From assembly GCA_013265495.1 (NCBI GenBank), contig MU057666.1, forward strand, positions 73,599-137,598: a stretch of DNA of 64,000 bases, written 5' to 3'. A model generated the notes under the pieces. It saw only the letters and a program-made list of their open reading frames with translations. It did no database searches and was not told the DNA's origin. This document shows, piece by piece, positions 1-14,062 of this stretch. This stretch comes from Vicugna vicugna (Eukaryota). The position numbers and the translations under genes are program-made. Each line of letters starts with the position of its first letter. The stretch's first letter is position 1.

Positions 1-1440
1 GGTGGGGAGATGAATAGATGTATTTGAAACCTGTGTCTAATCAATAACAGGACATCAAAACCCAAGAGAAATAGAAATGAATTAAGAAGTTAAAATTAAG
101 AGAGTAATTGAAAATAGAACAGGTAAAAACAGATTAAAAAAAAAAAAAACGGGGTTGTCAATGTTCTCCTAGAGTCTGTGTGCTTTTAATGTGATGTCTT
201 TCTGTCTTGGTCCTGTTTTGGAAGCTCAGCTTGTTTTCATAGGCCCTCCGTTGGCGCCCTCTTCTGTGCTGCTCCCAGCACCTGTCGGCAAGCAGATCGC
301 GCCTCCTCCTAACACGGGGTCAGATGCAGCTCTCCTCTGCTGCGGGCGGGCGGGTCACTGCCCCTCCGGATGCCGCAGTCAGATGTTGCAGACTGGCCAG
401 GCAGGAGGGCGCATCGTGCCCCCTCCCAGCACCTCGGTCAGGGGCTGTGTTCCTGCCCGACAGGCGGGGGGCCGCTCTCCCCCTGCCTGCGCCGCCAGTA
501 GCTCCGCTGCTCTGTGCGGCTGCGCACTCCGCCCTGGTGGGCGCTCCGCCCTGGTCAGCGCTCCGCGGTTGGGCTCGGGGAAGACCGAGGGACAGCCTTG
601 TCCCTGCTGCGAGCCAAGACCCAGCTCCTTGTTTGTCTTTGTGGAGCAAGTTCTCTGAGGGACCAGAATGGAAGGATCCTATCTGCCCCGGGCTGTCGGC
701 CCGGCTCAGTCTGGCCTTTGAGGCTGCTAAGCCCTTCGGTGCGGATGCAGGTTTCGCCGCCGCCCCCGCCTGGGTACTCAGCGCCTGAGAATATGGCAGC
801 TGTGCCTGAGCCCCGCCTCTCTTCCCCTGAAAAGTTTCCGCGGGTTTTCAGAGATGGGGGTATGCAGCCTTCCCCCGAGAGCACATCAAGCTTGCTGTTT
901 TACGGAGGGCCCAGGTTGTTCTGCCCTGTGCACCCACAGCCATGGCGCCCAGCCCCTTGCAGTCCCCCGGGGCTGCCTCCGTGCAGCAGCCACCATCCTC
1001 CGCCCGGCTTGTGCAGCCTGGCCCTGCCGGCCGCTGCCGGCCCGCATCTCAGGCTGGGGGTCGGGGGGACGCTCTCTGCCCGTTTAACTTTGTTCTGTCA
1101 CACAAAGGCTGCTCTGTACAGATCCGAGCCTCGGAGGCTCCCCCCCAAACCCGCTGGCCTCTCAGTTGGAGAGGGGAGACCCAGCGAGCAAGGGCCAGTC
1201 CTCTTTTGACGCTCCCTCCCCACAGGAACCCTCCCGCGCTGCTTTAGCTTTTGTTATTTCCTCTTTCCTTTTCTCCTACCAGATTTTTGGCGTCTTTATC
1301 TTTTGAAGAGGGCGATGTTCTGTCGGAGTTCTGCAGGTGCTCTGGTTGGCTGAGTGGGTCTGTAGATGTGGGTCTTGGTGTATTTGTGGGAGAGGGTGAC
1401 TTACGAGCGTCCTTCTATTCTGCCATCTTGCCTCTTCCCC
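1..1440 (-). mobile_element. LINE-1 5'UTR (CpG-rich internal promoter); element continues left of the window
   Basis: The minus strand begins GGGGAAGAGGCAAGATGGCAGAATAGAAGGACGC, a typical L1 5' end. About 1.2 kb is GC/CpG-rich, followed by a T-rich tract. A TT/AAAA endonuclease-type site lies just upstream (cut between 1454 and 1453). Confidence 0.8.
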
Positions 1441-1519
1441 TGTCTTTTGTTTTAAGGACAGGCAGATACATCTTCTGAGTCTTCACATAAGATGCTGTGT
1501 CTTAGTGACCCTACACCAT

Positions 1520-1538
1520 TGACCACTAGATGGCAGCC
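1520..1538 (+). promoter_or_regulatory. CTCF core motif candidate
   Basis: TGACCACTAGATGGCAGCC fits the CTCF consensus CCASYAGRKGGCRS. Confidence 0.55.
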
Positions 1539-4500
1539 AAGGAAACAGCGTTCTCATTTTGAGAATTTCAGGGATGATAAACCTTCACCTTTATTGACGT
1601 TTTGCTTTAGGCTGGGTTCCTAAAATGTTACAGGAATCCATGGATTGGGGGTACCAGCTCCATTTTCTATAATCTACTGCAGGCCTGTTAGTTTCTGAAT
1701 AGAATAAAGAGATGATGAATATAAATATTCCTGTTTAAAGAGTTTTTCCTCCTGAAATTTGGAATTTATAAGATTTTGTACAGAAATGATACATGATTCG
1801 TGTAGTTCCAGGGCCACAATAATTAAAGCAAACCCACTGAACTTAATTAGCTGTCATTTAATAATGAATAGTATAAGATTTTGAAAAATCTGTTCATGCA
1901 GAGATTATTGTACTGTTTATGCAATCAGAACAGTCACATACATATTAAAGGTTGACTTCGGGAGTTTAAGTGAAGCTCACTAACTAAAATAAAGGCAGGA
2001 TAGAAAACAGCCTTCAAATAATCTTGATACGTTTTACGTATTTTGCAGATGGAAATGGAGCAGGGGACTTGTTTCCAATGTGAAATGAGAACTCCATGAG
2101 GAAAAACTTTCAGTGGAAATTCAGAAACCTCTGGCGTCCACACACTGGCACCCCTGAGCAGAAGGAAAATCAATCAGCTGGTTTTCCTCTTGAGGAACAA
2201 ACTCACTAGCCTCTTAGAATCACAGAAACTGGACAGAGAAAGGAATGACTTCACTCACCGTGGGATCTGGACTCGTGTTAACATCCAGTAGTTCCTCCCT
2301 GGTTCTTAGGCCCTTGCTCTATGGTTCTCCAGTGTGTGGGGCACAGACCTGCAGGGCTCTGGAGACTGTGGATCATATTCTGCAGGCCTTAGGGCATTCA
2401 TCTGTTTCAGCAAAGCGCATGCTCACAACTGCAGGGGATTTTTACGTAATGATGCTTAGTAAAGCACTTATCCTGGCATTATGTTCATCCTCCTGACACC
2501 TCTGAAAAGTACAGAAGAACCATGAAGTGTTTTTGTTTTCGGATAAGCAAACTAATGCCAGAAGATTTGTAAAAACCAAAAACCAAAACCAACCAAACAA
2601 ATAAGTCCCTACAACCAAACAAACCAGTTTCTTGTAGGCCTATAAAGAAAATTCTAAGCTATGAAAATTAAAAGAACAAATTTGATCCATCGAGGCGCAC
2701 CTACATAGAACTACAAGGTTGTTGTGAAGTTATAAAGACACCCTATGCACTTGTAATCACCACCAATGTGAGTATCACCAACGCCTTAGACATTATTCAC
2801 CACCGAGTCTGGATCACCAAGGCTGGTCCCTTTGGTTTGTGAACACGGAGAGGACTGAGCTGGCGCGGTGGGTGATGGATCATGCCCTGGGGGCTATGTT
2901 CTGGTGCAGAGCAGTCCTGTTTTGTCACAGGCACGGCTAACTGGATCACGGGTTACTAAATAGTAGGGGAGGCTGGTTTGTGCCCAAAGCTGCTATCAGA
3001 CTTAGGTGACAATTACACCTTGCCAGCCTGTCCCTAAATTCCAAGCAAGCCCCTAGGATCTGGGGTAACGACAGGAACTGTCCTGTGAAAAGAGGACGCA
3101 GGCGAACAATGAAAAGTAATCTTCTAGTCTTCTCGGAAAGGGGGCTCGGTATAGCTCAAAAAGTGTCTTCTTGAAGATAAGAACTAGGTCTCTGGCTTCT
3201 TTCCTGCTTCCCTGTACAGACCCATCCAGAAAACTTGAACCGAAGTAACTGCAAAGTAGCAACACTGTTTCTTCTGTCCTGGCAGCCTGTTTCCTCATCT
3301 CTTGTGCAACTGAGCTTTGCCAGTATGTGAGCCAATATGTGAGAACCTCCCTCCCAGCTCCGGATCCCCGGCCCCCGGTCAGGCTCAACTTCAGCCTCCA
3401 CTTTCCATGTGCTGTCCAGTGTGGTTTCTGCTTCACCCTACGTCATCCAAAGCTCGGCGACACCCACCTCCAGGTGCACTTGGATACATCCTCGGCTTCC
3501 CTGTTCCGTGGCAGCTCGCCAAAACCGTGTTCATGACTACACATGATAGACACCCAACAGCTACTTATTAAGTGAAAAGATAGGTTGAATGATGAAGAAA
3601 TGCCACATTAGTCTTTCTAATCCCTCCTGATCCCTCAGAGATACTCAGTTTCATCCTTCAACACTGAGCCCAAATGTGAACTATTAAGCCATAGGTACTT
3701 AAATAACTGTGAATGGTGATAAATTATTCTTCCTTTTAAGACGTTTGTGGAGGGACTTCCCTCTTGTTAAGCCTTTGAGGGAAAACATCATCATAGTGGC
3801 CAACTCTGGCAAGCAAAGCAAATATTTTTCTCAAAGTCACATTTATAGAGTCTTTTTCCCTTGAGATCAATGAGGGCATTTCTGATGCATCGAAAATATG
3901 GTGCCTCAAGTTTTGTAAAACAGTTTGGGTAGATACTTTGGTTCAGACTTTCTGCACTTGATCTTAGCCAAAAGGCCGAGAAGTGATTGGTTCAGATTTT
4001 CTGGATGGGTCTGTAAATATGTAGGCAGGTGTCACATGGCCTTTGGTAGGTTAAAAAGCAAGGTAACCTTGGAAGAGACCAAAAGGCAGCTGGGAGCAGC
4101 AAAGCTGGGCTGGGCAGGGGGTGAGGCAGGTGCTGCGGGCAGGGCCTGCTTCCCCAGGGGAGAGGGTCACACCAGAAAGTTCTGGCCTTGAGGACATGAG
4201 ATGAAGAACAAGCAGAGCCTAACGCATGGGAACAGAGTGTCCTGTGCACTCAGGCTCTGGGCCCAATGTCACATGGAGGGCTCTGATTCTCAGGGAAGGG
4301 CCTGCGGAACTAGACAGAGTACTGAGCTGGGACCCAGAGTGAGTGGGGTCAGTGCAGGAGGTGAGCCGGGATTCAGGGACACTGTGGGAGCCCAGGGCTC
4401 GGGGGCTCAGGTCCAGGTGCAGCAAGGACAACGACTGAATCTGGCTGTGCCTGCCTAACCCGACTGCCTGACCCAGGAGAGCTGCCTGGGAGACGGAGGG

Positions 4501-4566
4501 TACCACGTCCTGCACGCATCATGCTACCATCTGGGGGTGGCAGGGGGTTGAAAGGAGGTAAAAATT

Positions 4567-4760
4567 CACTGTGCTTAGAAATGGGAACTCTCAGGTCAGA
4601 CCTCCTTGATTTAAACCCCAGCTCTGCCTCTTTCCAGCTCTGTGTCTCTAAGCAAGTCACCTCTCCATGTGTGCCTCTGTTTCTTCATCTGCAAAAAGGG
4701 GATAATCAGCAGGTGCCTTGTTGTGTGGCTGTGAGGTAAACAGAGTCAGTGCCTGTGAAA
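4567..4760 (+). mobile_element. MIR SINE (degenerate)
   Basis: Core resembles MIR: ...aaaccccagctctgcc...agcaagtcacctctcc...gcctctgtttcttcatctgcaaaaagggg ataat. Confidence 0.65.
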
Positions 4761-5212
4761 ATTTCATTCCATGAGGGTTCAAGGCTTTATCATTAGAAGA
4801 TGCAGAGGCAGTTGTTTTATTTATTAAAGCAAACAACCTGGTTCAGAAGCCCGAGTCATACCTTGAGATCTAAAAGGTCATGGCTTGTAAAGTGGTTGAA
4901 GGGATGTGTATAGGTCTGACCTTTCACCAAAAACACCTGTGAGCCCTCATTTCGCAGAAGAGGTGGAGCTCAGGGTGTTCCCACCAACACTGAGCGCTTT
5001 GTCCCTCCTCCTCTCGGCCTTCAACTGCCTCTAGATAGAATATTCATTCTTCCGTTCTGCACTTCCCCCCCCAAACCACCCCAAATTCTTGGCCTGCCCA
5101 GCCCTCTGACCTCATGGAAACTCTCCTAGCTGAAAAGATGGCTTCTCCTCTTCCAGGCCAGCTCAGGAAGCCCCTTGTGACTCACCTGAGTGAGGTGATT
5201 ACCCACAGCCCC

Positions 5213-5377
5213 CTGGTGCACATGTGGTCCTGCACCAGCAGCAGCAGCACCTGGGAGCGCCTCAGAAACGCAGAAGTTCAGGCCCCACCAGATCTTCTGA
5301 ATCACAGCCTGCGTTTTACAAGACTTCTCCCCCCACTACAGTGATGCCTGCATATATTTAAGTCTGTGAACATTGTT
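5213..5377. mobile_element. MER5A-like hAT-Charlie DNA transposon
   Basis: tgtggtcc..ccagcagcagcagcacctgggagc..agaaacgcagaa..caggcccc..ctgaatca resembles the MER5A consensus. Confidence 0.65.
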
Positions 5378-5929
5378 CTGGAATCTATATCATATGTTAT
5401 TACCAAGAGAGTGAACAGATTCAGGCAAAATAATAACTCAGTTCTGATTTCCCCAAATCTCTGTAAGAGAGGCTGAGCTTTCCAGAGAGTGAAAACTCAC
5501 TCAGGGTTTGAGGTCCTGGAATGGTCAGGGTGCTGATAAACTCAGCCCCAAGGATGTGCTTACCAAAGACCTCCAGGTGCCCCATGGGCTCACACTCATT
5601 TCCTCAAATGCACCAGAACCATTGAGGAAAATGAACTTGTGGGTCCCTGGTTGGAGCTGACCCCTTAGCTTGTGCTGTCAAGTGGCTGGAGAGTCTGTTT
5701 TGAGGCACTGATAAGTCACGAAGGCAAACTGAGGACTGACCATTTCACTGAGCTTGCCCATGGTAGAAAGTGCAAGGAGATCCCTTAGCACATAGCCAGA
5801 GGAATTCAGAGGCCAAATTTCAGCTTGTTGGTTGAAATTCAGGCTACTAACAGGACAAGCCATCACACTAGATTGGTTTTCACACAAGAACTCGCAGCTC
5901 TCTGGGTCCTGCATGTGTCCTGGCAGTGG

Positions 5930-6373
5930 CTGGACTCGGCCAGTGGATGACAGCATCAGCCCCAGCTGTGTACATCACACTTACACCTCCCAGCCCAGCT
6001 CCTTACTTCTAACACAGACCATTCTTTGTCCAAGAGGCTTTATTTCTAGCTGTGGGAGCATACTCAGCCTGAGTACAGACAGCCCTCAACAAACCACAGG
6101 TCAGAACTGGTGGATAAATACCCCAGCTCCCGCCCCTCAGGTGGGATAACACTGAGGCATGTGTATACTGATGTCCAGCATTTCCGAGTAGGCCGTAGCT
6201 CCAGTTGTGTATTGTGGTAACTTGCTTCACAGCACACCCTTTACTTTCTGTCTCCCCTCCCTTGTCTTCATCCCCTGCTCATCTGCTGGTGCATCCTGGG
6301 GATCACTTCCCAAATAAATGACTTATCCTTACATCTAGGTCTCAGATCTGCTCCTGGGGAAATGAACAAAGAC
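5930..6373 (+). mobile_element. LTR16-like ERVL solo LTR
   Basis: ggataaataccccagctccc..gggataacactgaggc..gggatcacttcccaaataaa..tctcagatctgctcctgggga, typical of an LTR16-family 3' half. Confidence 0.55.
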
Positions 6374-6600
6374 TAGAGCTACCAACCTGGGTCTGAATTT
6401 TGACTCTCACCATATGTCACCTTTGTGTCCTTAGGGAAGTCATTTAACCACTTTGAGGATGGGTTTTCTTTCAATCAGTGGGAATAATGAAGAGAAATAT
6501 GAATCTGGATTTTGTTAAATTTAGATGAATTAATTATATAAAGATCTTGAAGTAGTGCTTGGCAACAGTGAATGCTGAAAGAACAATAGTTATGATCTCA

Positions 6601-6920
6601 ATAGTGTTGTCCATTGGTATTCATGGGGGTAGCTTCCAGGAACCCGTTGTGGACATCAAATCTGTGGACGCTCAGATCCCTTGTACAAAATAACATAGTG
6701 TTTGCATATAACCTACACACATCCTCTTGTATACTTTAAATCATCTCTACATTACTTGTAATGACTAATGCAATGTAAATGCTGTGTCAGTATTTGCCAG
6801 CATGTGATGAATTAAGGTTTTGCTTTTTGTAAATTTCTAGAATTTTTTTCCAAGTATTTGGGATCTGTGGATGGTTGAATCTGGTGGATGCGGAACCTGC
6901 AAAAATGGAGAGCTGACTGC
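6601..6920. mobile_element. MER2B-like TcMar-Tigger element
   Basis: tttgcatataacctacacacatcctcttgtatactttaaatcatctcta and terminal ggttgaatc..ggatgcggaacc..ctgactg match the MER2 family. Confidence 0.75.
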
Positions 6921-8237
6921 AATTGTCCGTATTTATTATCCAAGAACTAATCCTTGGGGATACATTCTGCTAGAAATGCACTTCTGAGTCCTCTACTTTT
7001 TCTTAGAGAGTACAGGCCTTGGGTGTTCTGATTTGGTTCCCTTTCAGAATTTTCCTTCTTTTAGTCTTTTCAGCTCCTCATTCTGATTTTCTGGGAAATA
7101 TAGAAATGATGAATAGTTCAAATTTATTGGTTAAGGCTGTTCACATAGGATTCAAAGTTTGTTATGATGGTCTGAATAGTTTTAACTGAACTTTAGGTAT
7201 ATTTGCAAAGATCGAGAATTCTAATTTCTTTACAGTTGCTCTAAATATCAAACCAGTATCCTCTGGTACTGATCTATATCAAAATGGGACCTTTTCTACC
7301 CCGATGACAGGAGTGTATCCTTAATGTGTAAGCAGAGGACATAGGCGGAGCAAAGTCCAAGAAAGCAGAACAAGTGTAGTTGCATGAAATCCCATAATCC
7401 TGATATTTATGAACATTCCAGTTTAGGTGGCCATTCTTCGGAACCCATCTCACAAGTCACCCGAAGCTCCTGTCTGGGCTGGTTGCATCCTTCCTACACA
7501 CACAAGAAGGCGACATTTTCTGCAGATCCTTCAAAAAATCTCCACATTATCATTCCAATCTGTATGAATGCACATTAGGAATTAACATATCATTTTCTAC
7601 TGAGGTATTTAGTATGATCCTGGGAGTAGCAAAGCACAAAAGGGAGCCAGCAGTAACTGATGCCTTACATGTTATGACTCCAGTTCCTGGAGTCATATGC
7701 TCAGTCACAAGCTCAGTTCCAGGCATCACCACTGAGCAGCTATGATCCTGGACAGGTACTAAACAACCTGTGTAAGCCTGAATTTCCTCATCTATAAACT
7801 AGTACTTGTCTCATGGGGCTGTCCCTAGGGTTAAATAAGTACATAAAAGAAGGTCATTAGCTCAGCATCTGGCACAGGGTAAATTCTCAGTAAGTGCTAG
7901 TTGCTGGTATAGAATAACCACAGTTCACATTTATTATAAAGATATAGATAAGAACTATTATTGATTAGCTGGGGGTACAAAGAGAGAGCATGAGGAATAA
8001 GTTACTAAATATTTTAAGAGCTTTGTAAAACTAGAAGATAAAATGAAATTCTTGAATTGTAATTTCAGTAAAAGTTTAAGGATGTAAAACTTTATTTGAC
8101 AATAATTTCAAACCTAACATAAAATTTTCAAGAATAAGAACACTACAAAGAACACCCAGCTAAATTTTACCCAGATTCATCTACTAACACTTCATCCCAC
8201 TTGCTTCATCATTGTATCTACCTATTGATCGATTGAC

Positions 8238-8292
<55 letters not shown>
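8238..8292 (+). repeat. (CTAT)n / GATA tetranucleotide microsatellite, about 14 copies
   Basis: Perfect tandem CTAT read directly. Confidence 0.97.
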
Positions 8293-8408
8293 CTTATCCA
8301 TCATCATCATCATCTCTATAGAACCTCCAAGGGAAGACTAGTATGAATGGTACAACTTGGGCTGAATTCCAAACAGTAATAAATACAGGATAAAGAAGGT
8401 GCAATACT

Positions 8409-9165
8409 GTGATTTATAATAAGAAATATATATTTTTGGTTTTCATCCACTCTTCCTGGTACATACCTTCTTAAAGTGATGACAGCTTTATTGTCTTTTG
8501 TTATATTAATGGGGTGACTTTTGGAAAGCACCTGAGGATGGAAGCTGGTTGCCAGGGGAACCAGCTCTATGATTGGAGGGTTGGAATTTTTAGTCCTACC
8601 TCCTAACCTCTGGGGAACAGTAGGAGGCTGGAAATTGAGTTCAATTACCAACAGCCAATGACTTAATCAATTGTGCCTATGTAATGAAATCTCTGTAAAA
8701 CCCCAAAGGATGGGGTTCAGAGAGCTTCCAGGTTGATGAACACCAACATGGAGACTTAGGGAGAGAGCATGGAAGCGCCTGCATAATTTTCCACCTCCCT
8801 TGCCCTGTGCATCTCTTCCATCTGGCTATTGCTGAGTTATATCCTTTTATAATTAGCTGGTAATTCAGTAAGTTAGTTGGTTTCCTGAGTTCTCTGAGGT
8901 GTTCTGGCGAATTAATTGAACCCAAGGAGGGGGTTATGAGAACCTCTGATTTTTAGCTGGTCAGTCTGAAGCACAAGTGACAACCTGGAATTGCAATTGG
9001 CATCTGAAGTGGGGACAGTCTTGAGGGACTAAGCCTTTAACCTGTGGAGTCTAGTGCTATTTCCAGGTAGGTAGTGGCAGAAGTGAGTTGAATTACAGGA
9101 CGCTCAGCTGGTGTTGTGGAATTGCTTGGTGGTGTGAGGTAACCCTCCACACATTGGAATTGGCT
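8409..9165 (+). mobile_element. MER21-family LTR
   Basis: Begins tgtgatttataataagaaatatatat; internal ggttgccaggggaacc..gattggagggttggaa..gttcagagagcttccaggttgatgaacac is typical of MER21B/C. Confidence 0.7.
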
Positions 9166-10024
9166 CCTAAATTATTAGACATTGTAAGAGAAATGCCGTG
9201 AGGTGAGCCAATCTTTACAATCCATAAAGAAAAGTCTTTTCCATCTGATGCTTTTCAAAGCTTTAACTTAACTCAAAGCCACTTATATCTCTATTTACAT
9301 CTCCTCTGAACATATGGGAAGGATTCTAAATGCTTTGAGCAAAGGCGGTTCCTCCAAGGAACAACATGTCACAAAGCAGAGCTGCCCAGGCACCTTTCAT
9401 TGCTTCTTGAAGTACATACATCTTAGCTCGTATACATGTCTCTGTCGCCCTATGTTAACTGGCCAAGGCTTCAAAGTTCTTCTCCAGTAGTTCAGCCCCA
9501 CACTCAGGACACACCAAAAGTCTTGCTGTCTTTGCACACTCCAGATTAGTCTTCTGTATGAAACGTCCTTTCTCACATCCCTGATTAGAATTCTCTTAAT
9601 CTTTCAAAGTCTATGGCAAATTCTATCCATTTCATGCAATCCCCAGAATGAAGTGACTTCTGCATTCTTCTGGCTCACCATAATGTTTTCTGTTATCCCT
9701 CAGTGACACCAGTGATGACAATGATGAGGGTAATAATAATTGTAGTAACACAGCAGGCACAATCAATTCAGTGGTTTCCATAACCATGCATGTGCTAAGT
9801 AATTAATAGTCCTCCTCCAACATACTATGACTCAGGCATCATAATTATCCTCATTTTTGGAATCAGTAAATAGAGATCCAAGAAAGTTAAGTAATTTGCC
9901 TAGGACCACATGCTAATAGTCTACAGAACAATGACACAAATGCTTGGGTCAAAGCCTAGTTTTTCTTTTTAAATGCCAAGTCAAAGGTTTTAAATTCATG
10001 TATGCTCTATGGTAATTACCATTT

Positions 10025-10730
10025 TAGGAAAATTTATTTACAAGGAAATGTACAGATCCTAAGTGTAGAATTCAATGAATTTTAATAAGAATATAAGCAT
10101 CACCCCAGTCAAAATATCAAGTATTTTTCACTGCAAAAAGTTTTTCATGCCTTTTCTTACCAATTCATCCCATACAAAGAGAGGCAAGTATCGTTATGAT
10201 TTATATCACCATAGATTAGTTTCATCTGTTTTTGAGTTTTCCATAAACAAACTCATACAGTATGTACCCTTTTGTGTGTGGTTTATTTCATCAAAAATAA
10301 TGCTTCTTGAGCATCATCCATGTTGTGTGTGTCAGTAGTTTATTCTTCTTTATTGTAGAATTGTGTTCTGTTATATGAATAAGGCATAATTTTTTTCTTT
10401 TCTCTTGTTGATAGATATTTGTTTTCAGTTTTGAGCTATTCTGAATGAAGCTGCTCTGAACATTCCTGTACAAGCCTTTATTGTGAACATATGATTTCAT
10501 TTCTCTTGGAAATTCTGAACTGTGGGATTTCTGGGTCATAGTACAGGAATATGTTTAGTTTTATAAGAGTTTGCCAAAGAAGTTGTGCCATTTACACTCC
10601 AGCAATGGGTGAGAGTTCTGGTTGCTCTCATTTGCTAGTTGCTCAAATCTTTGCCAACATTTGATGTCATCTTTTGGATTTTAGCTCATCTTTTGGATTT
10701 TAGCTATTCTAGTGGGTGTGAAAAGGTACA
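10025..10730 (-). mobile_element. Ancient L1M 3' fragment
   Basis: Minus-strand ORF remnant resembles the L1 ORF2 C-terminus/3'UTR (REMKSYVHNK...). Confidence 0.65.
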
Positions 10731-12967
10731 GTGATTAAAACCTTTACTCTTAACCACCGCGTGATACCATTGTGGTCCTTTCCCACTACAATCTATGATA
10801 ATTACCTTTGTATATTTTGCCTCTCCAACTAGATTATAAGCTCTCAGTTAGCTAAGATACTACTTTATCATTTTTCTGGTTCTCCAAAGGCCTAATATAG
10901 TGCCTGAATCAGAAGAGGTGTTCAATAAGTGCTCAACAAGTTTTGTTTTAGAACCATTTTTCTGCATTTTGTGACTTCCTTTGCCAACTTTAGCCAACTT
11001 TGGACCAGGAGTGTAAAACAGTGCTCCTCACAGAGAGAGGAAGAGTGAGGTTAGTTATATGACAATGTGTTTCTGCTGATATATCTCAGGGCACACTGGC
11101 AAGACACAGGGTCAGCCTAGAATAAGTGAGGTTAGAAAATACATTTCTAGGGTTTGTTTCCATCATTATGTATCAGAATCACATGGGGAGCTCTGAAGAA
11201 ATGCAGCTACCTTAGTCCCAAACCAGAAATTTGGATTCAGTTGGTCTGGAGGGGAGTTAAGTCATTGATCCTTCATAGATATTCCCTAGATGCTTCTACT
11301 GTGCATCTAGAATAATGGCATTCCACTGCTCTCAGTAGAATGGAGTGAAGAAATGAGAGGTTGACGTTGATAGATGTCTCCCTCCAAGAGGGAGATTATC
11401 ACATTTGACCATACCCATGGATGGAACTACAGTTGAATAATTGTCAACTATTTCCTTTATCTTTCCCCAAGTAGAATAATCACCAACTGCCTGCTTTGTC
11501 AAAGAATCAAAAAGGCATTGTGCTAATATCAAAAGCATTTTCCTTCATCTCCTAACAAATTCACTTACTGAATCCCTAAAAGATATCTACTGCCCACACT
11601 GTATAAGTAATTTGAATCTGGAAGTGACAATTGGTGATAAATGAAACCGAAGTGGAGGAACTGAACTTGGCTTATCAAAGACTAAAGCTAAGATTGAGTG
11701 TTTGATGCAAAATTAAGAAATGGAGCCAACGTATTTTGAATTAACATTGAGCTAAATGTCATCATCAAGCTGTAGGTCTGAGGGGTCTCGCGTGTGGTTC
11801 TTGCAGAGGACCTGACCCTGACCTTCACTCCAAAGAGTTCATCTTTGCACAGCTGCTGAAGGCGGTTCAGTAAATGTGTAGCCAGACCTCACCCCACTCA
11901 GTGAGAAGGGAGATTTTTCATTAGAATAACTCTACTAGCTGGAAAAGGAGGTTCACTTTAGAATGCTCCCATGCATTTGCTCTCCTCTTCCACAGGACAG
12001 CTGTCCATGGTCTGAGATTTCTGTGAGGTGACATACAGACGGCAACACTCCTTCCCCCTCACTTTATTTTCTTCTCACTTCAATCTTTGTTACTTCCCTG
12101 GAGAGCAAGGCAGGAGTGTCGATGAAGAGGAACAAGGAAAAGTAGAGGGAAAGGGAAAGCAGGAGAGAAAGGGGTGAGAAGGAAGAGAGAGGAAATGTGT
12201 GTGCGTGTGTGCATGTGTGTGCGTGTGTGCATGTTTGTTCATGTGTACATGTGCATGTGCACAGAGAGAAGGAACAGTTCTGATGACAAAAATGAAGAGT
12301 TAGGATCAGGAACTTGGAACTAGGAGGATTGTTACACATCATATAGTTCAATACTCCCATTTCACAGATGGAAAACTGAGTACAAGTAAGACGAAAGGAT
12401 CTACACAAGGCGATAATCAGATTAGGTGCAGAGCTGGGCGAGAGATCTCAGGTGTCCACCAGCACCTCCATCTAAGTATTTCCTAACACTTCCCATGCTG
12501 CTCTGACCTCAGCACTGAGCCTCACAGCCTGGAGCCTGAAAGGGCACATCAATGAATTTGACTAGATGGTTTGTATGTGTGTGTGTGTGGAGGGGTGGGG
12601 GGGTAAAGGAGGCATTTATGTTAAGGAACAAGATCACTTTTTACCTATTACAGAAAGTTTAAGTCTTCAGAATTTTCAAGACAGAGTTACAAAAAAGGAA
12701 GCAATTTACATTTATGATAATTACACACAGCCTAATAGATCAGTCATGTTCTCAGAAGTAACATCACAAGACCCCTAATAACAGCAACACTAATGTGTTT
12801 GGGTTACACTAAGCAGTATGGGTGTTTAATGCATTTTAACCATTTGTCCCAGGTCATCAGAGGTTAACAAGCCAGTAGTGAATATAAACATAACTGTGTA
12901 TCAGTAGGCTAAGCTCCCAGTTGAAGAGCAAGGACAAACATCCATCAATCATCTTTACTTTCATCTA

Positions 12968-13177
<210 letters not shown>

Positions 13178-13528
13178 TCAAGATGTGTAACACAGATTCC
13201 CCAAACCCTCTTTAATTTTAAAAGGCCAAGAGTTCAATTGGTGTCTATATGGATAAAGTCCTCTAGAGAAATTAGCTGATGGAGATGGGGATTCTTTTAA
13301 GGGATAGCATCTTTCTGAAACATTTGCATATCGTTTTCAGCAGAGAATGTCATTCAAGATCTTGGTTAAGCACCAGGTAGCATATAAAGGATTGATGTTT
13401 GACAGGAAAACTAGTATGATTTTTGGTGGGTTGTGGATTTGCTGGGGCTTTTCAATCCCATGCTGGATTATTTGGGATGGTCCTACTGGGAATCAGGGAT
13501 CTTTTCTGCAAGACGTTTCAAGCTCTTG

Positions 13529-14062
13529 TTTTCTTTTTTTATTATTATGTAACTATAGTCTGTTTAAAATGTTGTGTCAATTTCTGGTGTACAACATAAT
13601 GTTTCAGTCATACATATACATACATATATTCATTTTCACATTCTTTTTCATTATGTTACTACAAGATATTGACTATAGTTACCAGTGCTGTAGAGTATAA
13701 AGTTGTTGTTTATCCATTTTATACATAGTAGTATCTGCAAATCTTGAAATCCTAATTTATCCCTTCCCACCTCTTTACCCCACTGATAACCATAAGTTTG
13801 TTTTCTATGTCTGTGAGTCTGTTTCTATTTTCTAAATAAATTCATTTCTCTCTCTTTTTTTTTTTTTTAGATTCCACATATAAGTGATACCATGTGGTAT
13901 TTTTCTTTCTCCTTCTGGATTACTTCACTTAGAATGACAATCTCCAGGTCCATCCATGTTGTTGGAAATGGCATTATTTTATTATTTTTTATGGCTGAGT
14001 AGTATTCTATTGTGTAAATATTCTACAACTTCTTTATCCAGTCATCTGTCGATGGACATTTA
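13529..14062 (-). mobile_element. Lineage-specific L1 3' end (minus arm of a composite)
   Basis: T-rich tail at left. The sequence parallels L1 copies at 41952-42450 and 54723-55233 (tagattccacatataagtgata...cacttagaatgacaatctccagg). Confidence 0.85.

Noticed and set aside
191..1247. Long overlapping ORFs (up to 231 aa) as a gene or ORF0-like product
   Set aside because: They lie in a GC-rich L1 5'UTR where stop codons are rare. The peptides are low-complexity Pro/Ala/Gly/Arg with no recognisable domain.
2259..2348. Exon-like 90-nt minus-strand segment (ctgcag ... ACG|gtgagt) as SPTLC3 exon 7
   Set aside because: It has stops in all three frames and no similarity to [25 protein letters not shown]. 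At most it is a cryptic exon; the true exon 7 is probably outside the window.
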